Assembly: GCA_043752185.1 (NCBI GenBank)
Contig: JAYUZB010000014.1
Coordinates: 49-64,048 of the forward strand
Reading direction: 5' to 3'
Length of the DNA: 64,000 nt
Source of the DNA: Chitinophagaceae bacterium
GTDB taxonomy: Bacteria; Bacteroidota; Bacteroidia; Chitinophagales; Chitinophagaceae
Below are positions 36,574-46,758 of this stretch, piece after piece; position 1 is the stretch's first letter; each line of letters begins with the position of its first letter. Position numbers and translations under genes: made by a program. The notes beneath the pieces are model-generated. The model had not been told where the DNA came from and searched no databases. It worked only from the letters and a program-made list of their open reading frames with translations.

Positions 36574-37146
36574 TTGGCATTTATAAAAAACATATCTCCG
36601 GATAATTCCACCGACAAAGAGTTGCTTGCTGCTTTTAAAAGTACAGGTGATATCAGTCATCTAAGCAATTTATACCTGCGATATATGGATCTTGTATATG
36701 GAGTTTGCCTGAAATATTTTAAAGATACCGAACGATGCAAAGATGCTGTTATGGATATTTTTGGCGAATTAAACACTAAATTGAGGGTACATGAGGTAGA
36801 TCATTTTAAAGGCTGGCTGCATGTTTTGGCAAGAAATTACTGCCTGATGCAGCTAAGAAGCCCCAGAAACATGAAAACCACAGAATTTAACCCGGTTTTT
36901 ATGTATTCAGAAGAAACTACGCATCTAAATAACGAAGCTTTTGAAAAAGAAGAAAATTTTAAAAAATTAGAGCAGTGTATGAAGACGCTGCCAACTGAAC
37001 AGCAGGAAACTGTAAGACTATTTTACCTGGAGAGCAAATGTTATAACGAAATTGCTGAGATAACGGGATTTGATTGGAATAAAGTGCGGAGTTATATACA
37101 AAATGGAAAACGGAATTTGAAAATTTGTATGGACGGGAAGATTTAG
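36574..37146 (+). CDS. ECF RNA polymerase sigma factor
   Basis: Region 2 (LVYGVCLKY, DAVMDIF, FKGWLHVLARN) and region 4 (YNEIAEITG..VRSYIQNGKRNL); TTG start. Confidence 0.9.
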   Translation: MAFIKNISPDNSTDKELLAAFKSTGDISHLSNLYLRYMDLVYGVCLKYFKDTERCKDAVMDIFGELNTKLRVHEVDHFKGWLHVLARNYCLMQLRSPRNMKTTEFNPVFMYSEETTHLNNEAFEKEENFKKLEQCMKTLPTEQQETVRLFYLESKCYNEIAEITGFDWNKVRSYIQNGKRNLKICMDGKI

Positions 37147-37189
37147 GAGTTAGGAGTTTGGGCAACGGTTTATTTTATTAATTTGATTA

Positions 37190-38563
37190 ATGAGCGATAA
37201 AGGAAAAAATATTATTTACACAGCAAGAGATATTGAGCAATACCTGGCAGGTAACTTGTCGCCATTGCAAATGCATGCTATGGAAAAGGCTGCGCTTGAA
37301 GATCCGTTTTTAGCAGAAGCCATGGAAGGTTATGAAGCAGTAAAAGATAAAGAATGGAATAATCAACTGGTTGCTTTGAGGGAAGAAATTACTAATAAAG
37401 GAAAAGTAGCCAAAGTAATTCCATTGCACAAATCAAAAAGCAACTGGTGGAAAGTAGCGGCCGCAGTTATCATCATTGGTGGCGGTGCCACACTCACAAT
37501 CCTTTTTAATAACAATAAAAAGGAAGACACTGATAAGACGCAAATAGTACAAACAAAAACTACTGTAATTGACAGTATTTTATCCCATGCAAATACCACT
37601 CCGGCATCGGTTACAGAATCTTTGAATCCTTCTGCATCTGCAACAACTGAAGAAAAGAAAACGCTACCCGGTTCAATAGCAAAACTAAATGAGCCTGCTA
37701 AGGCTGAGGAAAAATATATTGCAAATCCTACCGGCCCGCAATTAAAACCGGTTACTACCGTTGCTACAACCACTGCACCCGAAAATAATAATGCTATTGC
37801 CGTAGCACCACCGGTAAATAATAACCAGTCGGCCGCAGGCAATAACGCTGATTTAGCCAAAGAAATGAATATTGAAAAAAGTAAATCAGCTACTAAACAA
37901 AATGATGATGTAGAATTATTAAACCGGCAGAGAAGTATGTCTCCGGCTAAAAAAGAAGCGGTACTTAATAATTTTTTTACTGCACAGGTTGTATCATCCG
38001 ATAATACTCCACTCCCTTTTACCAATATCTCCATTAAAAAAGAAAATTTTGGTACTTATGCCGATGCAAAGGGAATGGTAAGGTTGGTATCTACCGACAG
38101 TATTTTACAGGTAGAAGTTATGTCTGTGGGTTACCAGCCAAAAACTTTTGCACTACGCAGTAACCAGGCACAGGCAAAAATTATTTTACAGGAAGATGAA
38201 ACTGCATTTAGAGATAAAACGGTTATTGGCAATGTTGATATGGCTGGTAACAAGCGTTCCCGAAGGGCTACCCTTTTAAAAGATTCTGTTGTAAACGTTG
38301 AACCGGCAGATGGTTGGGATAATTACAACACTTATGTTGCCAACAACCTGGATATACCCGAATCGAAATTAAAAGGCAATGTACACGGCGAAGTAGAATT
38401 AACCTTTGATGTTAAGTCAAACGGAACCATATCCAATATAAGAATAAACAAATCGCTAGGTGCCGAATATGATGAAGCAGCAAAACGCCTTATTTTAGAA
38501 GGCCCGCAATGGAAGATTAAAAAAGGCAGAAAAACTTCTGCCAGTGTTAAGCTCCAATTCTGA
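37190..38563 (+). CDS. Putative anti-sigma factor with TM, CarboxypepD_reg-like and TonB C-terminal domains
   Basis: N-terminal YLAGNLS..MHAMEKAALEDPFLAEAMEG; TM WWKVAAAVIII; P/T/N-rich linker; TonB_C-like GEVELTFDV..G...DEAAKRLI..GPQW. Confidence 0.75.
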   Translation: MSDKGKNIIYTARDIEQYLAGNLSPLQMHAMEKAALEDPFLAEAMEGYEAVKDKEWNNQLVALREEITNKGKVAKVIPLHKSKSNWWKVAAAVIIIGGGATLTILFNNNKKEDTDKTQIVQTKTTVIDSILSHANTTPASVTESLNPSASATTEEKKTLPGSIAKLNEPAKAEEKYIANPTGPQLKPVTTVATTTAPENNNAIAVAPPVNNNQSAAGNNADLAKEMNIEKSKSATKQNDDVELLNRQRSMSPAKKEAVLNNFFTAQVVSSDNTPLPFTNISIKKENFGTYADAKGMVRLVSTDSILQVEVMSVGYQPKTFALRSNQAQAKIILQEDETAFRDKTVIGNVDMAGNKRSRRATLLKDSVVNVEPADGWDNYNTYVANNLDIPESKLKGNVHGEVELTFDVKSNGTISNIRINKSLGAEYDEAAKRLILEGPQWKIKKGRKTSASVKLQF

Positions 38564-38630
38564 TTTATTTCAAATAGTTCCCTTTCTTTTCTTTATGAAG
38601 ATTTATGTAACTTGTGTGCAAAATTTTTAT

Positions 38631-39464
38631 ATGAAAAAAATATTATTATCAGCGCTTACATTAGCAGGCTTTGCCATGTTAAGCACTGCACAGGTAAAAA
38701 TGCCTGCCCCATCACCTACACAAACCGTAAAACAGGAGTTTGGTGTTGGAAGTATTGAGTTAACCTATTCGAGGCCGGCAGCTAAAGGGCGCAAAATTTT
38801 TGGCGACCTGGTTCCTTACAATAAATTATGGCGTACCGGTGCCAATGGTGCAACTAAAATTTCTTTTAATGAGCCTGTTGAAATTGGTGGTAAAAAATTA
38901 GATACCGGCACATACGTACTATACACAATTCCCGGCGTTGATACCTGGGAGGTGATTTTAAATAAAGGACTTAAAAACTGGGGTATAGATGGATACAAAG
39001 AAAGCGAAGATGTTATTCGTTTTAATGTAGCGCCTTCAAAAAATAAAAAGAGAGTAGAATCATTTACCATGGAATTTTCGGATGTAAAAGCCACCACCTG
39101 CTCCCTGGATATTAAATGGGAAAAAACTTCAATTTCCATTCCACTTGTTGCCAGCTTTCTGGATAAAGTAAGGGGGCAAATTGATGCTGCTATGAAAACA
39201 GACAAAAAACCTTATTGGCAGGCTGCACAATTCTACAATGAATATGATAAGAATTTACCCCTTGCATTGGAAAATGTAACCAAGGCCATTGACGGCAATA
39301 AGGAAGCATTCTGGATGTGGCTTTACAAAGCAAAAATTCAAAAAGAAATGGGTGATAATGCCGCGGCGATGGAGAGTTCAAAAAAATCTATGGAATTGGC
39401 TGCTGCTGCTAAAAATGATGATTATGTGAAAATGAACAAAGACCTGCAGAAGACTTTAAAATAG
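38631..39464 (+). CDS. DUF2911 domain secreted protein
   Basis: Signal peptide ending TAQ; PAPSP, YSRP..KGRKIFG.LVPY..WRTGAN. Confidence 0.88.
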   Translation: MKKILLSALTLAGFAMLSTAQVKMPAPSPTQTVKQEFGVGSIELTYSRPAAKGRKIFGDLVPYNKLWRTGANGATKISFNEPVEIGGKKLDTGTYVLYTIPGVDTWEVILNKGLKNWGIDGYKESEDVIRFNVAPSKNKKRVESFTMEFSDVKATTCSLDIKWEKTSISIPLVASFLDKVRGQIDAAMKTDKKPYWQAAQFYNEYDKNLPLALENVTKAIDGNKEAFWMWLYKAKIQKEMGDNAAAMESSKKSMELAAAAKNDDYVKMNKDLQKTLK

Positions 39465-39482
39465 ATCAGGCAAAATATTTTT

Positions 39483-39514
39483 AAAAAAGCGTTGCATTAC
39501 TGCAGCGCTTTTTT
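39483..39514. terminator. Bidirectional terminator
   Basis: AAAAAAGCGTTGCA-ttac-TGCAGCGCTTTTTT. Confidence 0.8.
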
Positions 39515-39520
39515 ATGCTT

Positions 39521-39613
39521 TCAACACGAAGTACGAGGTATCTGCCAAACTTTGTTAATATTGTTCAGCATTTGTACAGTAGTTTGGCAGATTCCTCCTT
39601 CGTTGGAATGACA
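39521..39613. repeat. Degenerate REP-like palindromic element
   Basis: ATCTGCCAAACT/AGTTTGGCAGAT inverted repeat (39540-39551, 39581-39592); right end ATTCCTCCTTCGTTGGAATGACA resembles 4038-4063. Confidence 0.55.
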
Positions 39614-39621
39614 ACAACTTT

Positions 39622-41250
39622 TTATTGCAGTGCTTTTTGCTTTATAGCAAGTTGAAGTATAGAAGCCAATGCAATAACCAGGATAGCACCAATTGCATTC
39701 AGCCATAAAAATGAAACAATGTCCATTTTGTAGATAATGATAATCAGTAATTCTGAAATGATGGCTGCATAAAAAACAGCATGCCCCCTGATGAACTTCA
39801 TCCCGAAAGCTACGAGAAAAATACCCAGTATCACACCATAGAACAATGAACCCAGAATATTCACTGCTTCAATAAGGCTGTTACCAATATTGTAAGCAAA
39901 CATTGAAATGATGATACAGAATATACCCCAGCCCAATGTATACCAATGGGCTACTTTATATTCTTCCAGTTCTGTTTCTTTTTTTACAAAGAATTTTTTG
40001 TGAAAATCAACTACCGAACAGGCTGCCAGCGAATTGAGTGCCGCAGCAATACTTCCCCAGGCTGCAAGAAAAATGATGGCAAAAATTAATCCTATCAATC
40101 CCACGGGTAAATTTTCTTTTACAAACCACAGAAAAATAAAGTTGGTATCGTTTGGTTTTTGCTCTGGCAAGGCCCGCTGCATCACGCCTTTAAAAGTTTT
40201 GCGAATGACATTTGCTTCAGTTATGTTCTTGCCTGCAAAAGCTGCGTCATACTGTGCCTCCAGCATATTCAATGAATCCTTTTTTACTGTTTGCTTCGCT
40301 TCCTGCATGGTTACTTGATCAAAATATACCGGGCCTTTATTGTATTGGTAAAACGAAAAGATGAGTATACCGATGAGTAAAATAAAAAACTGCATGGGCA
40401 CTTTCACAAGCCCGTTCATCAGTAAACCCTTACGGCTTTCCTTTACATTTTTTGCAGTAAGATAACGGCCCACCTGGCTATGGTCAGTACCAAAATAACT
40501 AAGCGCTAAAAAAAATCCACCAATCAATCCGCTCCAGATATTGTATTTATCTTTCCAGTCGAAACCCTTATCTGTAAAGCCGCTGGTGATGATGTTCATC
40601 TTTCCCAATTCACCACTTTTATGCAAAGCTTCGGTAAAACCAATGGCATCGGGCAATAATTTAACGGCCAAATATCCAACAATAAAAAGTGTAACAAACA
40701 CAATAATCATTTGCAGCTTTTGTGTATGTGCTACTGCTTTGGCACCACCGCTCATGGTGTAAATAATAAGTATGCCTCCCATTACCAGGTTGGTGTAATA
40801 AATGTTCCAGCCCATTAAAGAACTTAACACAATGGATGGCGCAAAAATACTGATGCCGGTACTTAACCCACGTGACAATAAAAATAAAAACGAAGTAAGT
40901 GTACGGGTTTTAAGATCGAAACGGTTTTCTAAAAACTCATAAGCAGTATACACTTTTAGCCTGCTGAAAACCGGTACAAAAAATATACTGATGACGATCA
41001 TTGCCAGGGGCAAACCAAAATAGTATTGTACAAAACGCATCCCATCGCTGAAAGCCTGCCCCGGACCGGTTAAAAAAGTAATAGCGCTTGCCTGCGTACC
41101 CATAATGCTGAATAAAACAAGATACCAGGGTAGGGAACGGTTGCTTAAAAAATAACCTTCCAGGTTTTTGGATGTACGGCTTTTATAGATACCGTACAAA
41201 ACGATACCAGCAAGCGTTACACATAATATGATCCAGTCAATGCCGCTCAT
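39622..41250 (-). CDS. Sodium:solute symporter (SSS family)
   Basis: YFLSNRSLPW, TQASAITF, TAYEFLENRF, YFGTDHSQVGRYL; multi-TM. Confidence 0.9.
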   Translation of the reverse strand: MSGIDWIILCVTLAGIVLYGIYKSRTSKNLEGYFLSNRSLPWYLVLFSIMGTQASAITFLTGPGQAFSDGMRFVQYYFGLPLAMIVISIFFVPVFSRLKVYTAYEFLENRFDLKTRTLTSFLFLLSRGLSTGISIFAPSIVLSSLMGWNIYYTNLVMGGILIIYTMSGGAKAVAHTQKLQMIIVFVTLFIVGYLAVKLLPDAIGFTEALHKSGELGKMNIITSGFTDKGFDWKDKYNIWSGLIGGFFLALSYFGTDHSQVGRYLTAKNVKESRKGLLMNGLVKVPMQFFILLIGILIFSFYQYNKGPVYFDQVTMQEAKQTVKKDSLNMLEAQYDAAFAGKNITEANVIRKTFKGVMQRALPEQKPNDTNFIFLWFVKENLPVGLIGLIFAIIFLAAWGSIAAALNSLAACSVVDFHKKFFVKKETELEEYKVAHWYTLGWGIFCIIISMFAYNIGNSLIEAVNILGSLFYGVILGIFLVAFGMKFIRGHAVFYAAIISELLIIIIYKMDIVSFLWLNAIGAILVIALASILQLAIKQKALQ

Positions 41251-41329
41251 ACGCCAAATCCGCCAGCTGGCGGAGCTTTTAAGAGTAAAATAATTTGAGT
41301 CTCTTTTTTATTCTGCATGAGAACAAATC

Positions 41330-41434
41330 TTAATTAAAAAACTGTGTGACAAAGTAGAAAATAAGTATTTGCACAATTAAAAAAAGCAGCACAGCTAAGT
41401 ACCATTTGCTCCAATATGATCTCTCGTTTTGCAT
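41330..41434 (-). CDS. Small single-TM protein (34 aa), absent from the ORF track
   Basis: Hand translation MQNERSYWSKWYLAVLLFLIVQILIFYFVTQFFN*, located between the PIG-L and SSS genes. Confidence 0.7.
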   Translation of the reverse strand: MQNERSYWSKWYLAVLLFLIVQILIFYFVTQFFN

Positions 41435-41500
41435 AATTTTATTTCAAAAGATTTTAAATTTTTCTTTACTCTAAAATCGCACTATTCTTCGCAACTATCT

Positions 41501-43990
41501 TCACTTTGGTTCCCCCTTCAGGGGGCGGAGGGGGTTAGCAATCAAATTCGCAAACAACCTGTAAGCACCAGGCACACCTGCAGGTAATTCTCTAAAAAAA
41601 ACTAAACCGGTGTACACAAATCTTCCTTTGCCGTAATTGGCAATGATGAGGCTGCCATCCAGTTCTTTTTCTCCGGGGTCTTTCATGCTTAAAATATTTT
41701 TGTAAGCACTATCAACTTTTTCAGCATGATAAATACTACGCTCCTGTATCCAGCCATCAAAATCCCTATCAGTTATTTTATTTGGATGATTTAATGCCGG
41801 ATGATCGGGAATTAAAAAATTCACTTTCGCTTCTTCATCAGTAATTCTGTTTCTGCTGATGTTAAAAGGATAAGGCGATATTTTTGCTTTAACCGGCCCT
41901 ATCTGGTTACTGGTATTGTATTGCACCAGCAACAGACCGCCTTCCTTTACGTACTGCATCAGGTCATCATATACATTGTTCATCCAATCGTTGGTATTGT
42001 ATGCACGAACACCAGTAACAATCGCATCAAACTGTTTAAGGTTAGCAGCTTTCATATCACTCTCCTTCAGCGTTACAACCTTGTAACCCATGGCCAGCAA
42101 AGCTTCCGGAACCTTATCGCCTGCACCGGGAATATAGCCAACAAAATTGCCTTCAGTTTTCAGATCAAAATCTTTGGACGTAAACACTTCCGGCTGGGTG
42201 TAACTGATAAAAGGAATATGATCATATTCTATTTGATGAAGCCCCAAATAAGGATTGCCATTTTCCTGGAACAATGTATCGTGATATGTAAAATACTGTG
42301 TTTTATCATAAAGCGGAACCTCACTAATGTGTGGTTTGTCAAACAATTTTATGATCTGTCCCTTCGCAAGTACAGTATCATTATTGTATCCAACGATAGA
42401 TCTCGTGTTTTCAGTTTTTACATAGCTCTTAAAAGGGTTTTTATCTTTAAATGATTTTACTTCCCAATCATTTAATTTGCTGTTCACGCCAAGTTTAGGA
42501 ACAGATTTTACCGAAAAAGCAGGTATAATATTCACCGGCTGATACAATTCCCCTTTCACAGGATCAGTATATTTATATCGGATTGGTTTTGTAAACTTAA
42601 ATTCCTTGCCTTCAATCAACATACTAAAAACGACACTAAAAGGATCATTCTCTGCTCTGCCAATCAGCTGCTGATCGGTAACATTAAAACTCCCCTTCTC
42701 CATAGGGTTTTGCAGCCAGTAAGGTTGCGTAGTTTTTGTACCAGGTCTTAGGTACATGGTATAGGTTTGTAAAGCGTTTGTATTTTTCTTTAACTGGTCA
42801 AAAATGATATAGTCATCATTAATATGAGCATCGGCGCTTAAAATATTGGCACCTGAACGGTTGTTTACAACCAGGTTTATTTTTAAACTATCGGCTGGTA
42901 TTGCATACTGGGTATTGGTTGTAGCATCCATAAATAAACCGGCGCAGTTCTGGATGATATCTTTAAGTGCATTTAATTTCTGCTCTTTCCAGTAATCATC
43001 TTTCAAAATTTCTATCTTCTTATACAGGTCAACCAATGCCGACACAGATTTTTCAGGATACGATACATCAAATTTTTCAATGATCTTATTTACCGTATTT
43101 GCAAGCGAAGCATCGGCAGTTCTTTTCCAGCTTACATCTACATTATCAAACAAATCATTTATGGGTGTTGTTCCCTTTATGGTTTTTAAATATTCTATCA
43201 CGCTGCCTCGTTGTGCAGGCACACCAAAGCCCTGGCTCTTGTGCTGGCTGCGGCTGGCGGCGGCAATCTCTCCATAACTTTTTCCGAGAATAGCATTATA
43301 ATCGCCACATTCCATTTTAAACTGATCTTCCTTTTGAGTATTTGTTCCGCCAAAATTAAAGCTGTTCCATAAAATTCTTTTTGCCTGCCAAACTGTTACA
43401 CCTTTCGTTAACTGCTCCGGAAATTTTGTTGCATCGGCTGCTGCATCAAATGCCTCACCAGCAAGTATAGCCGATGCTGTGTGATGACCATGCCCGCCCT
43501 CGCCGGTTGTGGGAAAACGGGTAATAATTACATCGGGACGGATTTTGCGTATTACCCAAACCACATCACTTAATATTTTATCGTGGCCCCAAAATTTCAT
43601 GGTCTCATCCGGGCTTTTGCTGTAACCAAAATCAAATGCACGGGTAAAGAACTGCTCGGCGCCATCAATGCGGCGGGCTGCAAGTAATTCCTGTGTGCGT
43701 ATCAAACCCAGGTCTACACCCTGTTCATCTCCTATTAAATTTTGTCCGCCATCGCCACGGGTTAAGCTTAAATAACCGGTGCGGTATAATTTTTCGTTGG
43801 CTAGGTAAGCAAGCAGTCTTGTATTCTCATCATCCGGATGTGCAGCGATGTATAATACCGAGCCAAGCACATTGAGTTTTTTCAGCTGCAATAATATTTC
43901 TGCAGAAGTGTAGGACTTTGGGGTTTGTGCATGAGTAATTAAAAATGAAAAATTAAAAATTAAAAATGCGATTGCTGATTTCTTAATCAT
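41501..43990 (-). CDS. Secreted PIG-L/LmbE-family deacetylase with C-terminal class-I GATase-like domain
   Basis: AAHPDDE, TRGDGGQN, HGHH, RSQHKSQG; C-terminal GYIPGAGD...YVKEGG..VQYN. Confidence 0.88.
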   Translation of the reverse strand: MIKKSAIAFLIFNFSFLITHAQTPKSYTSAEILLQLKKLNVLGSVLYIAAHPDDENTRLLAYLANEKLYRTGYLSLTRGDGGQNLIGDEQGVDLGLIRTQELLAARRIDGAEQFFTRAFDFGYSKSPDETMKFWGHDKILSDVVWVIRKIRPDVIITRFPTTGEGGHGHHTASAILAGEAFDAAADATKFPEQLTKGVTVWQAKRILWNSFNFGGTNTQKEDQFKMECGDYNAILGKSYGEIAAASRSQHKSQGFGVPAQRGSVIEYLKTIKGTTPINDLFDNVDVSWKRTADASLANTVNKIIEKFDVSYPEKSVSALVDLYKKIEILKDDYWKEQKLNALKDIIQNCAGLFMDATTNTQYAIPADSLKINLVVNNRSGANILSADAHINDDYIIFDQLKKNTNALQTYTMYLRPGTKTTQPYWLQNPMEKGSFNVTDQQLIGRAENDPFSVVFSMLIEGKEFKFTKPIRYKYTDPVKGELYQPVNIIPAFSVKSVPKLGVNSKLNDWEVKSFKDKNPFKSYVKTENTRSIVGYNNDTVLAKGQIIKLFDKPHISEVPLYDKTQYFTYHDTLFQENGNPYLGLHQIEYDHIPFISYTQPEVFTSKDFDLKTEGNFVGYIPGAGDKVPEALLAMGYKVVTLKESDMKAANLKQFDAIVTGVRAYNTNDWMNNVYDDLMQYVKEGGLLLVQYNTSNQIGPVKAKISPYPFNISRNRITDEEAKVNFLIPDHPALNHPNKITDRDFDGWIQERSIYHAEKVDSAYKNILSMKDPGEKELDGSLIIANYGKGRFVYTGLVFFRELPAGVPGAYRLFANLIANPLRPLKGEPK
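41509..41535 (-). repeat. REP-like unit identical to 36444-36470, encoding the PIG-L C-terminus (NPLRPLKGEP)
   Basis: 27-bp exact reverse-complement match. Confidence 0.85.
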
Positions 43991-44043
43991 ACTGAATATT
44001 TAAACCTTGATTTTTTGACTTTTGATTTTTCCCTTTTGACTTT

Positions 44044-46551
44044 TTATTGCCCAATTAAAAACACAGCATTCGCCAACAACATCTTACCATTCTCCCAAAA
44101 ATTTCTAAAAATAGGATCATCAGCAAAGAACACAACAGAGCCGCTGCCCATGGGCATTACACCAATTACAGTACCGTCTTTAATTTTTTCACGGGTTGCA
44201 CTTCCAACAAAACCTGCCGTTTGATTTTCCTTCTTGATGATGCCTACATTCCATCCTTCTTTCATAAATTCAAACATATCACCACTTTGTTTAAGTGAAT
44301 AATAATTGTTGTCATACCCAAATGCCAGAGGATGTGAATTATCCAGCTCTACTTTATAAATAGCCCCGGGAATATTATTTACCACTGCATCCCTTTCACG
44401 GTTCTCGTAACGTTTTACATCAATGTATAAATTTTTATCATCTTTTTTATCGTCTTTCTTGTCTTCATCGTCAGCCTTTTTTAGTTTAATACCCCAATCG
44501 GCTTTTGCAACCTGTGCTGCGGCATTATCCAGCACAATCATTTTTCCACCCTGCTGCACCCACATTTTAATTTCCGCTGCAGCTTCTTTGTCTTTTAAGA
44601 ATTTATAATTGCCATCTGGCAATATCAAAACATCAATACCTTTTAAAGCAATGCCATCAACTTCTTCAGCATTTATTAAACTAATGGGGTAATTCAGTTG
44701 TTGCTCAAATAAATGCCATACTTCACCAGCTGCATTAGGGTTGACTCCTTTACCGGTTAACAAGGCAACTACCGGCTTTTTAATTAGATGTACTTTTTCG
44801 CTGCCAAAATCAAAACCGGTATCCATAAAGCCGCCGCTTACAGTTGTTACAGCTGCATTATAGTTTTGAGCCAGGTCGGCAAACTGTTGTAATTTATCTT
44901 CGTTTCCTTTCTTTAAAATAATGATGGTTCCTTTTTGAAAAGATTTGCCATTTGCTGTAAATTCCTTTTCGGCAAAGCGCACTTTAATTTTTGCATTTAA
45001 TAAAGCTGTTAAAAATTTAACATCGGCAAACGAGTTATAATTTACAAGATAACCGTATGCCGTTGCCGGTACCACTGCATTTTTATTGAGGCTGTTGTAA
45101 TTACCAAGCGGTAGTTTTTCTTTAACCGCATAAGTTTGTGAGCCATAAACAAAAGGCAAACTCCATGCTGTTATATCATAAGTAACCGAATCACTTAATT
45201 TTGACCGGGGTTCAAAAAGTACTTTTACCAAAGCAGATTTTGGTTGCAATGCAGAAACAGCCAAACTGTTTGTGGCAGCAAATATTTCTTCTTTACCGGT
45301 AAAATAATTGTAGCCTTTAATGGAAGCACTACTTACACTTCCATAATTGATCCCGTTTATTTCAAAAAAATTACGCAGCGCTTCACGCTTGCCTGCATTG
45401 GTTTCAGTTATCACGTAGGTTTTGTACTCTCCGGTTCCAATGGTGGTTCCTTCATCAAAATATTTTTTGAATTCACTGATGAGCTTATCAGTATTTTGAG
45501 AAGCGATCTGAATGGTACTCATGCTGGTAGTAAAATGATGGGCTATCCTGTCTTTTAAAGTAAGTGTGTCACCATCGTTCGTTACTACAGCTAATCCCCC
45601 CGAGCCACTACCAGCCTGCTCGTAAGTCATACCAATAGCACCATTATAAGTTGGATAAGTATCTCCGTAAGCCGGATAAAACAGATCGAATATTTCTTTG
45701 GTAAAATACAACCAGCCATTGGCGTCAAAATATCTTGCATGGTTTTTCCCAATGGTGAACTGAAAATCTCTTTGCCATTTTGTAATCACTTCATGAAAAG
45801 GTTCTGCAGCCGGTGCAAAATAATAAGGGTTGTTAATTCCCTGCTCATGAAAATCGCAATGTATCTGCGGCATCCAGGCATTGTATTTTTTCATCCTGGC
45901 CTGTGTTTCAATTTGCGTTTGCCAGGCCCAATCACGGTTAAGATCAAAATTATAATGGTTAAGCCTGCCTTGTGGCCATGGTTCACTATGTTCCCTGCTA
46001 TTTACATTTGCATCGGGATTTTTTCCAACCATTTGATTGAACCAGTTTACATACCGGTCCCTACCATCAGGATTTAAACAAGGGTCAATAATGATGACCG
46101 TATTCTTCAACCAATTCTTTGTTTGTGTGTTGGAAGGAGTTAGTAATTCATACAAAGCCTTCATCGAAACTTCCGAAGAACTGGCTTCGTTGCCATGCAC
46201 ATTATAACTCAACCAAACGATTGCAGGTGCTGTTATATCAGCAGCTTTGTCTTTCAACATACCTGTAAGCCGCAAATTATTTTTTCTTATCTCTTCTATC
46301 TTTGCAATGTTTTCAGGTGTTGAAACAATGGCCAGCAACAGATCCCGGCCTTCATTGGTTTCGCCGTATTTTTCCAGCTTCATCATCTGCGGCATAGATG
46401 CTGCAGCCTGGTTGAAATAATTTACAATTTTGTAATGAGGGGTAAATTTGCTGCCGAGTTGGTATCCTAAAAATTCATCGGGCGATTTTAACTGTGCAAA
46501 TAAACCATTGCTTATAAAAAGCAGTAGCAATGAAAATAGTCTAATGTTCAT
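44044..46551 (-). CDS. M14 zinc carboxypeptidase family protein
   Basis: VHGNE, NPDGRDR, FDLNRDW, DFHEQ. Confidence 0.88.
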   Translation of the reverse strand: MNIRLFSLLLLFISNGLFAQLKSPDEFLGYQLGSKFTPHYKIVNYFNQAAASMPQMMKLEKYGETNEGRDLLLAIVSTPENIAKIEEIRKNNLRLTGMLKDKAADITAPAIVWLSYNVHGNEASSSEVSMKALYELLTPSNTQTKNWLKNTVIIIDPCLNPDGRDRYVNWFNQMVGKNPDANVNSREHSEPWPQGRLNHYNFDLNRDWAWQTQIETQARMKKYNAWMPQIHCDFHEQGINNPYYFAPAAEPFHEVITKWQRDFQFTIGKNHARYFDANGWLYFTKEIFDLFYPAYGDTYPTYNGAIGMTYEQAGSGSGGLAVVTNDGDTLTLKDRIAHHFTTSMSTIQIASQNTDKLISEFKKYFDEGTTIGTGEYKTYVITETNAGKREALRNFFEINGINYGSVSSASIKGYNYFTGKEEIFAATNSLAVSALQPKSALVKVLFEPRSKLSDSVTYDITAWSLPFVYGSQTYAVKEKLPLGNYNSLNKNAVVPATAYGYLVNYNSFADVKFLTALLNAKIKVRFAEKEFTANGKSFQKGTIIILKKGNEDKLQQFADLAQNYNAAVTTVSGGFMDTGFDFGSEKVHLIKKPVVALLTGKGVNPNAAGEVWHLFEQQLNYPISLINAEEVDGIALKGIDVLILPDGNYKFLKDKEAAAEIKMWVQQGGKMIVLDNAAAQVAKADWGIKLKKADDEDKKDDKKDDKNLYIDVKRYENRERDAVVNNIPGAIYKVELDNSHPLAFGYDNNYYSLKQSGDMFEFMKEGWNVGIIKKENQTAGFVGSATREKIKDGTVIGVMPMGSGSVVFFADDPIFRNFWENGKMLLANAVFLIGQ

Positions 46552-46758
46552 TATGTGATTTTGGTTCTGTTAAAAAATCAAATTTCAGCAAATATGGTAA
46601 TAAACCTGGTGAAATATATGTGAAAATAAAGAAAGCAACTGACTTGCATCTTCCACTTATCCATTATATGAATATCAGTCTTTAACTGCAGGTAACAAAA
46701 CAGTCACCCGATTGAGCATATCTGCCAGTAATAAAGTAAATTCGGAGAAATATTCATC

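Noticed and set aside
37363-38034. 223-aa antisense ORF within the anti-sigma gene
   Set aside because: Mirror of a low-complexity linker; no independent evidence.
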